Part shown: positions 39,493 through 49,900 of the stretch, one piece after another
How the letters are laid out: every line of letters begins with the position of its first letter
Position numbering within the stretch: the stretch's first letter is position 1
Assembly (NCBI GenBank): GCA_040285745.1
Contig: JAUFOR010000008.1
Coordinates: forward strand, 496,001 to 560,000
Source: Barthelona sp. PCE
Taxonomy: Eukaryota
Direction of reading: 5' to 3'
Length of the DNA stretch: 64,000 bases
Made by a program: the position numbers and the translations under genes
The notes under the pieces: model-generated
What the model was told of the DNA's origin: nothing
What the model saw: only the letters and a program-made list of their open reading frames with translations
Database searches by the model: none

Positions 39493-40485
39493 TTACAAGT
39501 GGAGCACAGGTGCTTGTTGGTTGTTCAACTGCTCACTTAGGAATGTAACGAAGTCAGAATGAAACTTTAATATGTATGTGTCTTCCTCAGTGATGCAGAG
39601 GAGTTTCTTGTTCGGTATCCATCTTATGTGACCGTTTTTAACCGAAAACGGGAGACTGAACACACCCAACAGCTCGAACGAGCCCAACAGCCACAATTTT
39701 AAAACATCGTCTGATAGCTCAACGTAAAACCGGTCCAAGATGGTTACACCACTGAGATGTGGTTTCGGTAGCATTGTTATGCGGGATTCAACCCTGGATC
39801 CGCCAACAGAGACTGAGTAACCGCGCTGCTCAGCAGTTTTTAAAAGTACAGTACTGTTATGCGCAAAAATTTGTATTGGAAATTGGGCAAAGGGGAGTTG
39901 TTTCCAGCCCCCAGACCTTGTGTTGATCAGGAAACCAGAGGATTCTGCATCCTCGTACCATATAAAATACGTTGATGTGAGGCTATCAATTACTCGTACA
40001 GTAGCACCGTGCAAAATAGGTAACGGCTCCATTTCTTCGCACACAAACTCTGTTAACTCGAACATATATTCTCGCACTGCGTTGTCCTCAAATACAAGGA
40101 TTAGGGAGTCGCGGGCGAGCCCGACTGATTTGGGAATTGTTTCAGTGCTGAATTTAGGACCCGTAACAACACGATATACTGGTGATAGCTCAATGATGAA
40201 GCAGAAAAACTCAGTGGTCGCGGGTTTGAAGGTGAATAGCATCTTTCTGGCAGCGGAAATCGTAGACATTCTTGTTTCCCAACCGAATTGATATAGACCA
40301 GCGAATGGGCGATCTTCCAGAATCTTCTTATGTGCAGAGACTCCAACACCGGCCGCGTGCGGCATCATTTGTGGTTGTTGCATGACAGGACGTTGTGTAC
40401 GAAATTGGCCCGTTGCTTGAGCGATAATGGAAGGTAGCTCATTGCCAACGCTGACTGGTGGGTAGTTATTGTTCGGGAAGTTCAT
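39493..40485 (-). CDS. Hypothetical protein (~330 aa), Q/P/N-rich N-terminus followed by a beta-rich domain
   Basis: Likely start MNFPNNNYPP at 40485, since the longer ORF start overlaps ARP5; 78-bp divergent gap to ARP5. Confidence 0.65.
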   Translation of the reverse strand: MNFPNNNYPPVSVGNELPSIIAQATGQFRTQRPVMQQPQMMPHAAGVGVSAHKKILEDRPFAGLYQFGWETRMSTISAARKMLFTFKPATTEFFCFIIELSPVYRVVTGPKFSTETIPKSVGLARDSLILVFEDNAVREYMFELTEFVCEEMEPLPILHGATVRVIDSLTSTYFIWYEDAESSGFLINTRSGGWKQLPFAQFPIQIFAHNSTVLLKTAEQRGYSVSVGGSRVESRITMLPKPHLSGVTILDRFYVELSDDVLKLWLLGSFELLGVFSLPFSVKNGHIRWIPNKKLLCITEEDTYILKFHSDFVTFLSEQLNNQQAPVLHL

Positions 40486-40563
40486 GAATTGAATCAAAAC
40501 ATTGTGGAATTGGTGAAAATATGTATAACAGGATGGAATTTGATTTTCTTCCCTTATGCACAC

Positions 40564-42234
40564 ATGGAAAGGCCATTGATTATTGACAATGGTGGGCATA
40601 CTTATCGATTTGGATTTGCAGGCGAAGAGAAGCCTCTTTTCTCCTTTCAAAACATCACCTCAAGATACAGCAACAGAGTGACAAATGAAATATCACAGAT
40701 CTACGGTGTAGACACCCAGTTTACAGATATTTATAAGAGCAAATATCAAACACCGTTCGATAACGGTTTGCTCACAAATTTCAATGCATTTGAACGTATT
40801 CTTGATTATTCCTTCCTTCAACTGGGTACAGAAAGCATCGAGTCTCCGGTTATTATCTCTGAATCATTATTAAACCCTAACGATATAAGAATGCAAATGT
40901 TGGGTGTGCTTTTTGAGTGCTATGAGGTCCCTAAAGTAGCTCTTGGCGTCGATTGTCTGTTCTCTCATGCCTTTAATTCATACTTGGATCTCAGCAAACC
41001 ATTTAATGATGTGAAACAGGTTGCCAAGGATAGAGAGTTGATCATCTCAATTGGTGATTCTTTCACGCATTTCGTGCCGTATACAGCTGAAAAGGGATAT
41101 ATAATGGAGGATTCTACACGCTTGAACGTCGGTGGAGCTCATATCATGGAATATTTTATGAAATCATTAAGTTTGCATTACCCTCATGTGAAAGGTTATG
41201 ATCGTTTCACAAAGACGTATTTGGAGCCATTGAAGCACAAATTCTGCCACGTTGCGCTGGACTTTGACAAAGAAATGGCTAAGTGGAGCAGTTTAAAGTA
41301 CAGAATGTCCAATACTAAACATGTAATTTTTAAAATGATTAAGGATGAGTACAGAGAAAGACGTATTCCATTTGCAACGGGCGGGGAGCCAGCGTTCAAG
41401 GCCCAGGCAGTGGAAGCGGATCAGGTGGATCATTATCGAGACCTATATTCGCGTCGTTCAGAATTGGTTAAGGAGATCGAGACAATTAAGGGCAACATTG
41501 GGATGAGTAACAAGTCGTCTCGCCTTCGCACTGCTATATTTGCAGAGCACGAGGCCAAAACAGAGCAGGATGAATACGGAAATGAAGAGGGTGATTGGGA
41601 TGTCTACTTCCAGATGAACAAGCACTATCAACACGAGGAGCTAACCGCTCTTCGTGAGGACCTGGATGAAGTTGAGGAGGAGCTGCAGAAGGATCCGAAC
41701 TATGTGGCGCTTGAAAGAGCAAAGTTGAAATGCATCGACGTGCTGCCTGCAACAGAGGTTGATGGAAGTGGTTGGGGCTTTGAAAATGACAGAACTCTCG
41801 TTTCCTTAGAGTTTGTACCGTATGAAGAGGCTATGCACGTGAGCACAGAAGCATTCCTTGCATGTGAAGTGCTCTTTAAACCTTCTATGATTGGGAAATC
41901 AAAAATGGGTGTTGGTGAGGTGCTGCAGTCTTATCAGTTGAACGGATTCTCAATCAATGACGTGTTCATGTGTGGCGGCGTGTGCAAGATGAACGGAATT
42001 AATGAGCGCATTAACAGTGAGATTGTTCGTAATCTTCCGGTTGGGACGGATGTCAACATGAGGTGTGCAGATGACGTTGTACTTGATTCATGGCGGGGAA
42101 TGTCACAGTTTGGCCTGGATCTGATGGCCGACCCAAACTCCAGTTACTACTTCACGCGAGAGGAGTACGAAGAGTGCGGTATGGATAATCTGCTGTACCA
42201 CTCACATCATTTTGGCTGGCTAAATGAAATATGA
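40564..42234 (+). CDS. ARP5: Actin-related protein 5 (INO80 complex)
   Basis: PLIIDNGG…RFGFAGE; LFECYEVPKVALGVDCLFS; RLNVGG; central insert with YGNEEGDWDVY; LDSWRGMS; TREEYEECG. Confidence 0.88.
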   Translation: MERPLIIDNGGHTYRFGFAGEEKPLFSFQNITSRYSNRVTNEISQIYGVDTQFTDIYKSKYQTPFDNGLLTNFNAFERILDYSFLQLGTESIESPVIISESLLNPNDIRMQMLGVLFECYEVPKVALGVDCLFSHAFNSYLDLSKPFNDVKQVAKDRELIISIGDSFTHFVPYTAEKGYIMEDSTRLNVGGAHIMEYFMKSLSLHYPHVKGYDRFTKTYLEPLKHKFCHVALDFDKEMAKWSSLKYRMSNTKHVIFKMIKDEYRERRIPFATGGEPAFKAQAVEADQVDHYRDLYSRRSELVKEIETIKGNIGMSNKSSRLRTAIFAEHEAKTEQDEYGNEEGDWDVYFQMNKHYQHEELTALREDLDEVEEELQKDPNYVALERAKLKCIDVLPATEVDGSGWGFENDRTLVSLEFVPYEEAMHVSTEAFLACEVLFKPSMIGKSKMGVGEVLQSYQLNGFSINDVFMCGGVCKMNGINERINSEIVRNLPVGTDVNMRCADDVVLDSWRGMSQFGLDLMADPNSSYYFTREEYEECGMDNLLYHSHHFGWLNEI

Positions 42235-42237
42235 TGT

Positions 42238-43728
42238 TTATTTTCTTGCCTTTCTAGCACGTACAAGATCACGAGCAATATAGACTTCTCCTTTCTTCTT
42301 ATCATCTTCAGTTTTGTCTGAACGGTGAATACCACGGAGTTTTTTCAGTGCACGGTTATACTTATTCCTCATGCGCATGCGGGGGTTAGAATCCTCACGC
42401 TTACGATATCTGTGTAAACCTCTGTTCTTCTCAACTTCACGATTAATTCTTCTCTTGCCGCTTTCGCTAAGTTCCTCCAATTTATCACCTTCCTCAGGGA
42501 TCATGTACTGCTCCTTGCGCTCCTGCTTTTCAATAGTCTTTTGGTTCTTAACAGCGTTATAGAAGTCATCGTCGAAGTCATCATCTGACAAATCTTCAAC
42601 AACAGCCTCTTGCACAGGCTCTACGGGCATCTGTTGCATCTGCGGCTGTGTGGCGCTGTGCGTTCTGTATGGTAAGTCTTCCTCACCACCAATAGCCTGC
42701 TTCTTTTGCTCAACCATTTCATTAAACAAGGATCCCAGCTCCTGCGCCTTTGAGGATGTACGCTTGAGCACGTTGACAGCGCTGACAATGTCCGAGAAAT
42801 CCTCATGGACCTCAATATCGTCCATGTTCTCGACACGCGCCAGATCACGCCTTCTTTGCTTATCTTTCTTTGTTTCGTGCATTACACCCGACTCAGCAAC
42901 CATACGCTCCTGTTCCAGTAGATGTTCGCGGCCCTCGGTCGTTCCGTTCTCATCGATTTCGGTTGGAACGCCAACCAGATCCGACTGCAGTTGTCTGAGG
43001 ATCTTACTTTTCTGAAGTGTGCGCTGTGCCTTACGGATTTCGTATGCCTGGCGCTTCTGCTCACGCTCCTCCTCGCGGTACTCCTGGTGTGCCTGGTTTT
43101 CAAGGAGGGGGTCGACAACGAGTTCATCAAGAACACGTTTGTTTTCATCACCCTCAATTTCGATCTCAGAATCTTCCTCTTCCTCATCAACCTTAATATG
43201 CTCACGGATACCCTTGTAAATACTGCGGTCTAGACCTTCCATACGTGTGATTAAAACACGTAAATCGGTGAGGTGTTTAACAACTGGGTGTTGACCCACC
43301 TTCTTACCTTTTAAGAGAAGAATTGCGAGCATTTGGAGGTTTGCAATGTAATTGGACAGCAATGTAACCTTCATTTTGAGATATTGGTGCTGTTTTTCAT
43401 CCTGTTCCAGATCAATTTCTTTCAGAATTGCCTTCATCTCACGTGCCTTTTCGTTATAATCAAGGAGCACGTTGTTGAGATCGTCAGACTTGACAGAAAT
43501 CTCCTGCATGCGTTCTTCTAAAGATTGTTCTGTTTTCTGCTCTTTGACCGGCTCAGTGATTATTGAGTCGTCCTCCAAGAAGTCTTTTTCATCTAAGGCC
43601 TCCATTTCCTTCTCTTGGAGCTCTTTGGCTTCTTCAAGTTCAAGAAGAATAATTTCTTCATCGTTATCCATTTCCACGGTCTCATCACCACCGTGAAAGT
43701 CGTTATTGCTGAATTCCAGTCTTGACAT
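42238..43728 (-). CDS. SAS10: SSU processome protein Sas10/Utp3 (C1D domain + Sas10 C-terminal domain)
   Basis: YLKMKVTLLSNYIAN…HPVVKHLTDLR (Sas10/Utp3/C1D); GKRRINREVEKNRGL…NPRMRMRNKY (Sas10_C). First ATG 43728. Confidence 0.88.
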   Translation of the reverse strand: MSRLEFSNNDFHGGDETVEMDNDEEIILLELEEAKELQEKEMEALDEKDFLEDDSIITEPVKEQKTEQSLEERMQEISVKSDDLNNVLLDYNEKAREMKAILKEIDLEQDEKQHQYLKMKVTLLSNYIANLQMLAILLLKGKKVGQHPVVKHLTDLRVLITRMEGLDRSIYKGIREHIKVDEEEEDSEIEIEGDENKRVLDELVVDPLLENQAHQEYREEEREQKRQAYEIRKAQRTLQKSKILRQLQSDLVGVPTEIDENGTTEGREHLLEQERMVAESGVMHETKKDKQRRRDLARVENMDDIEVHEDFSDIVSAVNVLKRTSSKAQELGSLFNEMVEQKKQAIGGEEDLPYRTHSATQPQMQQMPVEPVQEAVVEDLSDDDFDDDFYNAVKNQKTIEKQERKEQYMIPEEGDKLEELSESGKRRINREVEKNRGLHRYRKREDSNPRMRMRNKYNRALKKLRGIHRSDKTEDDKKKGEVYIARDLVRARKARK

Positions 43729-43902
43729 GTGCTTATTTCGACTGAACAAAGTGAAAGGGAAATAAAAACTGAAAATGCATGTTTCATGTAGCTGAGTCGT
43801 TTTCCAACCAACCACACTCTGATTCTGCTATTTGCTCCCACAAAAAGCACTGTAAACATAAAGTTTGTGGATTTATTAAATGATAAATTTGGTGATAGTA
43901 CC

Positions 43903-46900
43903 TTACTTCATTGCGTTTAGATCGCTCAGAGTATCGTTCGGCTTGAACGGAGACGACTTGGAAGACGTCCTCGAACGGGCCATAGGCGACATAGCCATCG
44001 ACATTCTGCGTTTTTGTGAAGAAAGTTCAATTTCCTTCCTTGAAGCAGCAGAGAAAGCGGCAAGTTTGGCGGCAAGAATACGAGCAGCCTTCTCTTCTTC
44101 AGGGATATTTGCCAGTTCGGCACCAACCACCCTTTCAATGTTTGAAATCATGGTTTTACCTTGTGACTGGTCATCATGGTTGTGTACATGTCTGTAAAGC
44201 TCCTTGATGGAGTTACTTAGTTGTGACTTATCGTCTTGGATAGAAGACAGTTCAATTTCAGTGTTCTTGAGCTCAAGAGCGATACGATCGTTTGAGATTA
44301 CGTCATCACCCAACATTTCAGAGAAAGCATCGAGCTCACGGCTTAGTACGTCAAGCTCATTAAGCTCCGTCTCAATATCGGTTGGTGCCACAGTTTCTTC
44401 CTCCTTTTCAGTATTATCCTTCTCATCATCTTCATCGTCGAATACATTGAGTCCCATGACATCAGTTTGCACCTTTGTGATGGTGTGATGATACTCAGGG
44501 TGAAGATCGCTGCCTCCGTCTGCTCCAAGAATGAAGTGAGTGAGAGCACGGCATACAACAGCAGCAGCCTGGCCAGGTTCAGCAAGCCTGATGCGGCGAA
44601 TGTATATGTTACTGTTGCGCTCGGGATCGCAGTGATATGAGCGGCCATAACTATTACGGCCGAATTCATGTGACGGGAGACTAGACGCCACCACAAGAGT
44701 GGGACGCTTGGAAACGTTGTTCTTTGCACAAATTACATCGACCAAGTTTTCAACGAAATCATATACCTTCTTTTCGGAAGGTGGCAGATCTTCGGTGTCG
44801 ATTGTGGAGAGCATGCCCTCAAGACGTAATTTCTGCTCAACAAGGTCAATATAGACGTCGCTGAGTTGAGACGAAGATACGGGACGTTGGCGAACACCAC
44901 CATCGAGTTTTGACTCGATTTGGGTGAGGCGTTCCATTAGTGTGGTAACGAATGCGGGGTCAATGTTCGCTGTAGGCTGACCACTGGGAACAACAGGAGC
45001 GGGGGCGGCTTCAACGGTTTGTTCAACCTCCTTCTGCTCCTCTTGCTTCTGCTTGGCCATCTCTGCAGTCTTCTTACGAAGTTCCACGAGTTCCTTCTTA
45101 CGGGTTTCCTCGCGATGGGAAGCAACAGCAGTATGAACCTTGTTCTGTAACTCCACCTTCTTCTGCTGCATTTCTGCGCGGCGACTGGCGTTCTCGATAG
45201 CAAGCTTCTCGTTAAGTGCACGGCGACGTTTGGCACGCACCTTCTCCTTACGATCGTTGAGAAGGCGACGCATTTCAGTAAGCTGCTTTTGTCTTTCAAT
45301 GGCTTGACGCTCAGCAAGGCGAGACATATTGTCCTCATGCTCCTTGATCATTGCGTTCTGATCCTCATCACTGAGGCCGGACGCTGCGAGGTTTTTAATG
45401 AAGGTCTGACGCTTCTTCTTCTGTTCCTCCTTCTGATTAGTTTGGAGGCGATCGAGAGCGCGCTTGATATTCTCTTCATCCTTCTGAGCTTTGAGTTGAA
45501 GTTCCTGCTCGAGAGCCTTGAGCTCCTCCTCGTACTTCTTGGATGCAACCTCACGTTGCTGCTTCTGTTCTTCTTCGAGCTGGCGCAGCGCCTTGGACTT
45601 CTCAGATTCAAGATCTTCGATGTACTTGCGATGTTCAGCAGCGATCTCGGATTCCTTAACCTTGAGAAGCTTGACAGAAGGAACATATGACTCACATACG
45701 TCTTGAATTTGACGGTAACATTTGCGCTTGAAGTTCTCCTTCTCCTGCGAATGTTTCACAGCCAGAGATTCGAGTGCCTGCTTCTGAACAGTTTCGCGCT
45801 CCTTCTGCAACTCGTCTTCTAACTTCTTGAGCTCCTCGTCGAGTGCTTGAGCATACTTCTGCTGCAGATTAGCAGCCTCTTCGACAGAGATCTCCTTCTT
45901 TGCCAGTCTATTGATAACGTCGCGGGAACGTTCAGCGCTCTGTGTAAAGAGATCTGATCGAGCCTTGTGGAACTTAGAATCAACGCTGTTGACGCTGTCG
46001 GCGAGGGTGTCAACCTTCTCGTGCATGTGGCGCATGGACATGAGGTATGCCTCCTTTGCGTGCTGCTCAGACAGAATTTCCTCGATCTTGTTCTGCATCT
46101 GCTCCACAGGGAGACCGTCGATGCCCTTTTCGATGAGGTTCTTGAGCTGCGCCTCACTGAATTCAACCTGTGTCTTCTTCTTCATGGACTCGGCCTCCTC
46201 CTTCGCCTTTGCGATTTCAGCTTGCTTTGCGCGTTCTTGCGCAATGATACGTTGTTTTCTACGGGCTTCCGCAGCCTTACGCATCATGGAACGCTGCTTA
46301 TCGCGCTCGTTGTCGAGGATTGAACTCAGCTGACTGCGGTTGTTCTCAAATTCTTGCAACATTTGCAATTTCTCAGCTTCTGACATGTTCTCGACCTGAG
46401 CTAATTTCATGCGCTCCTCCTCAAGCTGGTCCTTGAGTTCCTTGTCGAGTTTCTCGAGTTGTTGTTCAGTCTCAATCATCTCTTCCTGTTCCTCAATGTC
46501 CAGTTGCTGGTTAATATCATCAAGTTTGTTTTCGTTTTCGATCTTGACCTTAACGAGCTCTTCGTTCACCTTCATGGCTGTCTCGGCTGCTTCACGAAGC
46601 TTATTGACATCATCATTGGTGACAGTTTCACAGTGGTTTGCTACTTCAACAAGTTGATTCTCTTGTTGCTTCAAGAGATCACTGCGCTCCTTCTCCTGCT
46701 CCTCAAGCAGCTTCTGCTGGCGTTCGCGACGACGGCGGGCGGCTTCCTGACGTGCCTTCTTTAACTGAGAAAGGCGGTTGGTCTCAACCTGCATGTGAAG
46801 GTTGTTGAGCTTCTCGTCGAACTCGTTCATGATCTCCTCCTTGTCCTGCGCTGTGATGGCCTGTTCTAAGGCAGACCTACGCTGGTCAATAAGTGACTGT

Positions 46901-49900
46901 TCGATGCTGTGGTTTTCAGTCTCAATTTCAGCAACAAGTTCCAGTTCGGCTAACTTCTCAGTTTCAGCAAGAACTTCAGTAAGGTGACTTTGCTCTTCTT
47001 CGAACTTCTTCTCCTGCTCCTGACGCTGCTGCTCCTGGATATTGGCGATATCGCTTGTGCTGATGTCTTCACCCTTCTTTGCCTTGATAGACATGAGCTT
47101 ATTGACTGCATCACGAGCTTTTTCGATCTGGTCGCTGCGCTTACCCTCGACCTTTTCAAGCATGGCTTGTTTACGGGCCAGACGGTTACGCTGGAGTTCA
47201 GCACGCATTTCTGCTAATTTGATATCACGTTGTTGGTTTAGCTTGTTGGTGAGCAGTTCTGACTCCTTGTCGAAGTCAGCAAGAATACGCTGGCGCGTCT
47301 CCTCATCATTACCATCAACCATACTAAGTACTCGGTTACGTTCTTGAGCGAGTTTTTCAATCTCAGAATTCTTAATAGCTTCAAACTCATTCTCGATCTC
47401 ATCCTCCTTCTTGTCCTCTTCCTTCTCGAGGATTTCCTCCATCTCATTGGACTTCTTCTTAATATCGTTACCCAAAATGTTAAGATCATGGTCGAGCTGC
47501 TTCTGCATTTCAACCAGTTGGTTATCGTTAAACATTGTGTTCTTAATATCGTTGGTTGTCTGCTCGATCTGGGATTCGATCTTGGACTGTTGCTCCTCCA
47601 ACAGCTTGCGTTGACGACGCTCTTGCTGTTCGCGGAGCTTCTGTTGACGCTTAAGCTTGGCCTCCTGTAGCTTCGACTTGGCGTCGAGAACTTGGCGGTT
47701 GCGCTCGCTGTTGTAGCGGTCTTCCAGCATCTTGAGTTGACGTTGATAATCATTCATCAGCTGGTCACGCACATTCTTGTTCTTTTCCTTCTTAAGCAGG
47801 TTTTCGAACTTCTTTTGAGCTTGGCGCTTAGCAATGTCAAGGTCGGTGTCGATCTTTCCGTTGATACCCTCTAGTTTAAGATTCTCAGATTGCTCGAATT
47901 CCTTCTCGATATCATTAAACTCAGAAACAAACTCGTTGTTAAGTGTCTGACGCTCGTTCTGCTGCTCGATCTTGAGCTGCAGCTCGGTCTCCTCATTCTT
48001 ATGCTTGTTACCAAGTTGGTTAAGTACTTGCTGAGTTTCCTCTTCCATACGGAGTTTGATTTTATCAATCTCCTCCTTCTTTCTGTCAACAAGAGCAGAG
48101 ATTTGCTCCTCGACGTTGTTGGCGGTCTCATGATCGTTGTTACGGTGAGCCTCGGAGAGGACATCACGCAAACCCTGGATTTGCGCATCGAACTTACTAC
48201 TGATAATTTGCAATGCAGAGTTGAGAGTGTCATCAATTTGTTTCTTAGTGTTATCGATTTCGTCGGTCTGACGCTGCTTGAGATCCTCCATAGAGTGCTC
48301 AATTACATCAGATACAACAGGGATGTTAACAGAGGTGATTGTGGGCAAATCCGACTCAACAACTGATGGAAGGTCAAGGCCTCCAACATCGGTGACGATA
48401 TCGGTCTCGACTGGTACTCCTCCGGTGCTGCCACGTGCGAGGATTTCGTTCTGACGCTTCATCTCATCGATACGGTTGTTGATCAAATCCTTCAGTCCAC
48501 CTTCATCGATCATCTCGCGAAGAACGTCAGCAAACTCCATAAGATCAACTGCCTCCTGTGAAGCCTGTGAAGGCAGAACAGGAAGAGTTGAAAGGGTTGG
48601 ACCATAATCATGTTCGACCTCTGTGTGCTCTGAAAGCTGTTGTAAGATCTCTCCCAACAACTGTGAAGCATGGTCGATGTTAAACGTTTGGTTCTCTCTA
48701 GTCACTAAAGAATCTGTAAGGGCATCACGGACACCGTCACGAGATCCCTTCAGTCTATCAAGGAGTGTCTCGGCCATACCATTCATGGCAAGCACAAACT
48801 CGTGCTCGTGTGCTACAGCAGCAGCCTGCTGACCTCTCTCGAGTAGCTGAGACTGCATCTCGCCTGCCGCACGTCTGCTCTCATGCAAATCATTGAGCGC
48901 ATCGCGAGTCATAGCCAATACACCACCAATAGAGCCACGGACCTCATCCAATTGATTCTTGTATGTGTCATCAGTTGCTGTGACCAATTCGCGAATGGAA
49001 TCATCATGGATAGCATCGTTGTAGTTGGTTCCATTACGTCTGGCGATTTCATCTTGCTGGGTACGGTTGTAGTCCTCAGTAAGCTTCTCAATCTGTGCAA
49101 CGATCGCGGCAATGTTATCCTCGATGTTACCCAACTCCATACTATCCTCATTCTTGTTCAACAACTCAAGTTGCTCTTCAAATTGACCGTAGAGACTCTC
49201 AAGTTCGTTTTCAAGTCGCTTCATATCTCGACTGGCGTTCTCTCGCATAAGAGTCTCCTGTTCAAGACCGTTACGATCATGCATGGCTTGCTGTTTCTTC
49301 TGTTCATCGTTTTCGCCTTCCTTACCACGTGTCTTTGTATCTGTTGAAAGAACGGGCTTCTTGACACCAGTAGCTGGGTCGGTGATGATATCAATGATGG
49401 TAGCGGTCTTTCCGGTTGTGTAGTCAACCATTTGACCACCAACGAGTAGATCGACCTTTTCATTAGTAAGAGGATCAATGATCTCACCCTCGATGCCTCC
49501 AGTCTTTGCGACGTTCTTGGCGTTCTCGAGGACCTTGTTGAGGTGGAGAGCATTGCCCATATTGAGAACCTTGAGCTGTTGCGAGGCTTGATTATGATCG
49601 TTTTCTGCGAGACGGCGTTCAGTTCCGTTTTGGCTAGAAACATCATCAAGACGGCTGCGCAACTCAAGGAGAGTGTTGTTGAGCTCAGTCATACCATTGA
49701 TAGGGTCGTTGGATGACTCGTAGAATGTCTGAGCAGTTGAAATACCGTTTAGAATACCACCAAGCTCGTTTGAAACGCGTTGGATGTTATCAGTATAGGT
49801 GGACTCGGATGCGAGCTGCCTCATATAGAGTGACAGTAAGTGATGGTCCTCGGCAGGTACTCCATGACCAACGTCTTGATCGAATCTTGCTGTTGTTGCA

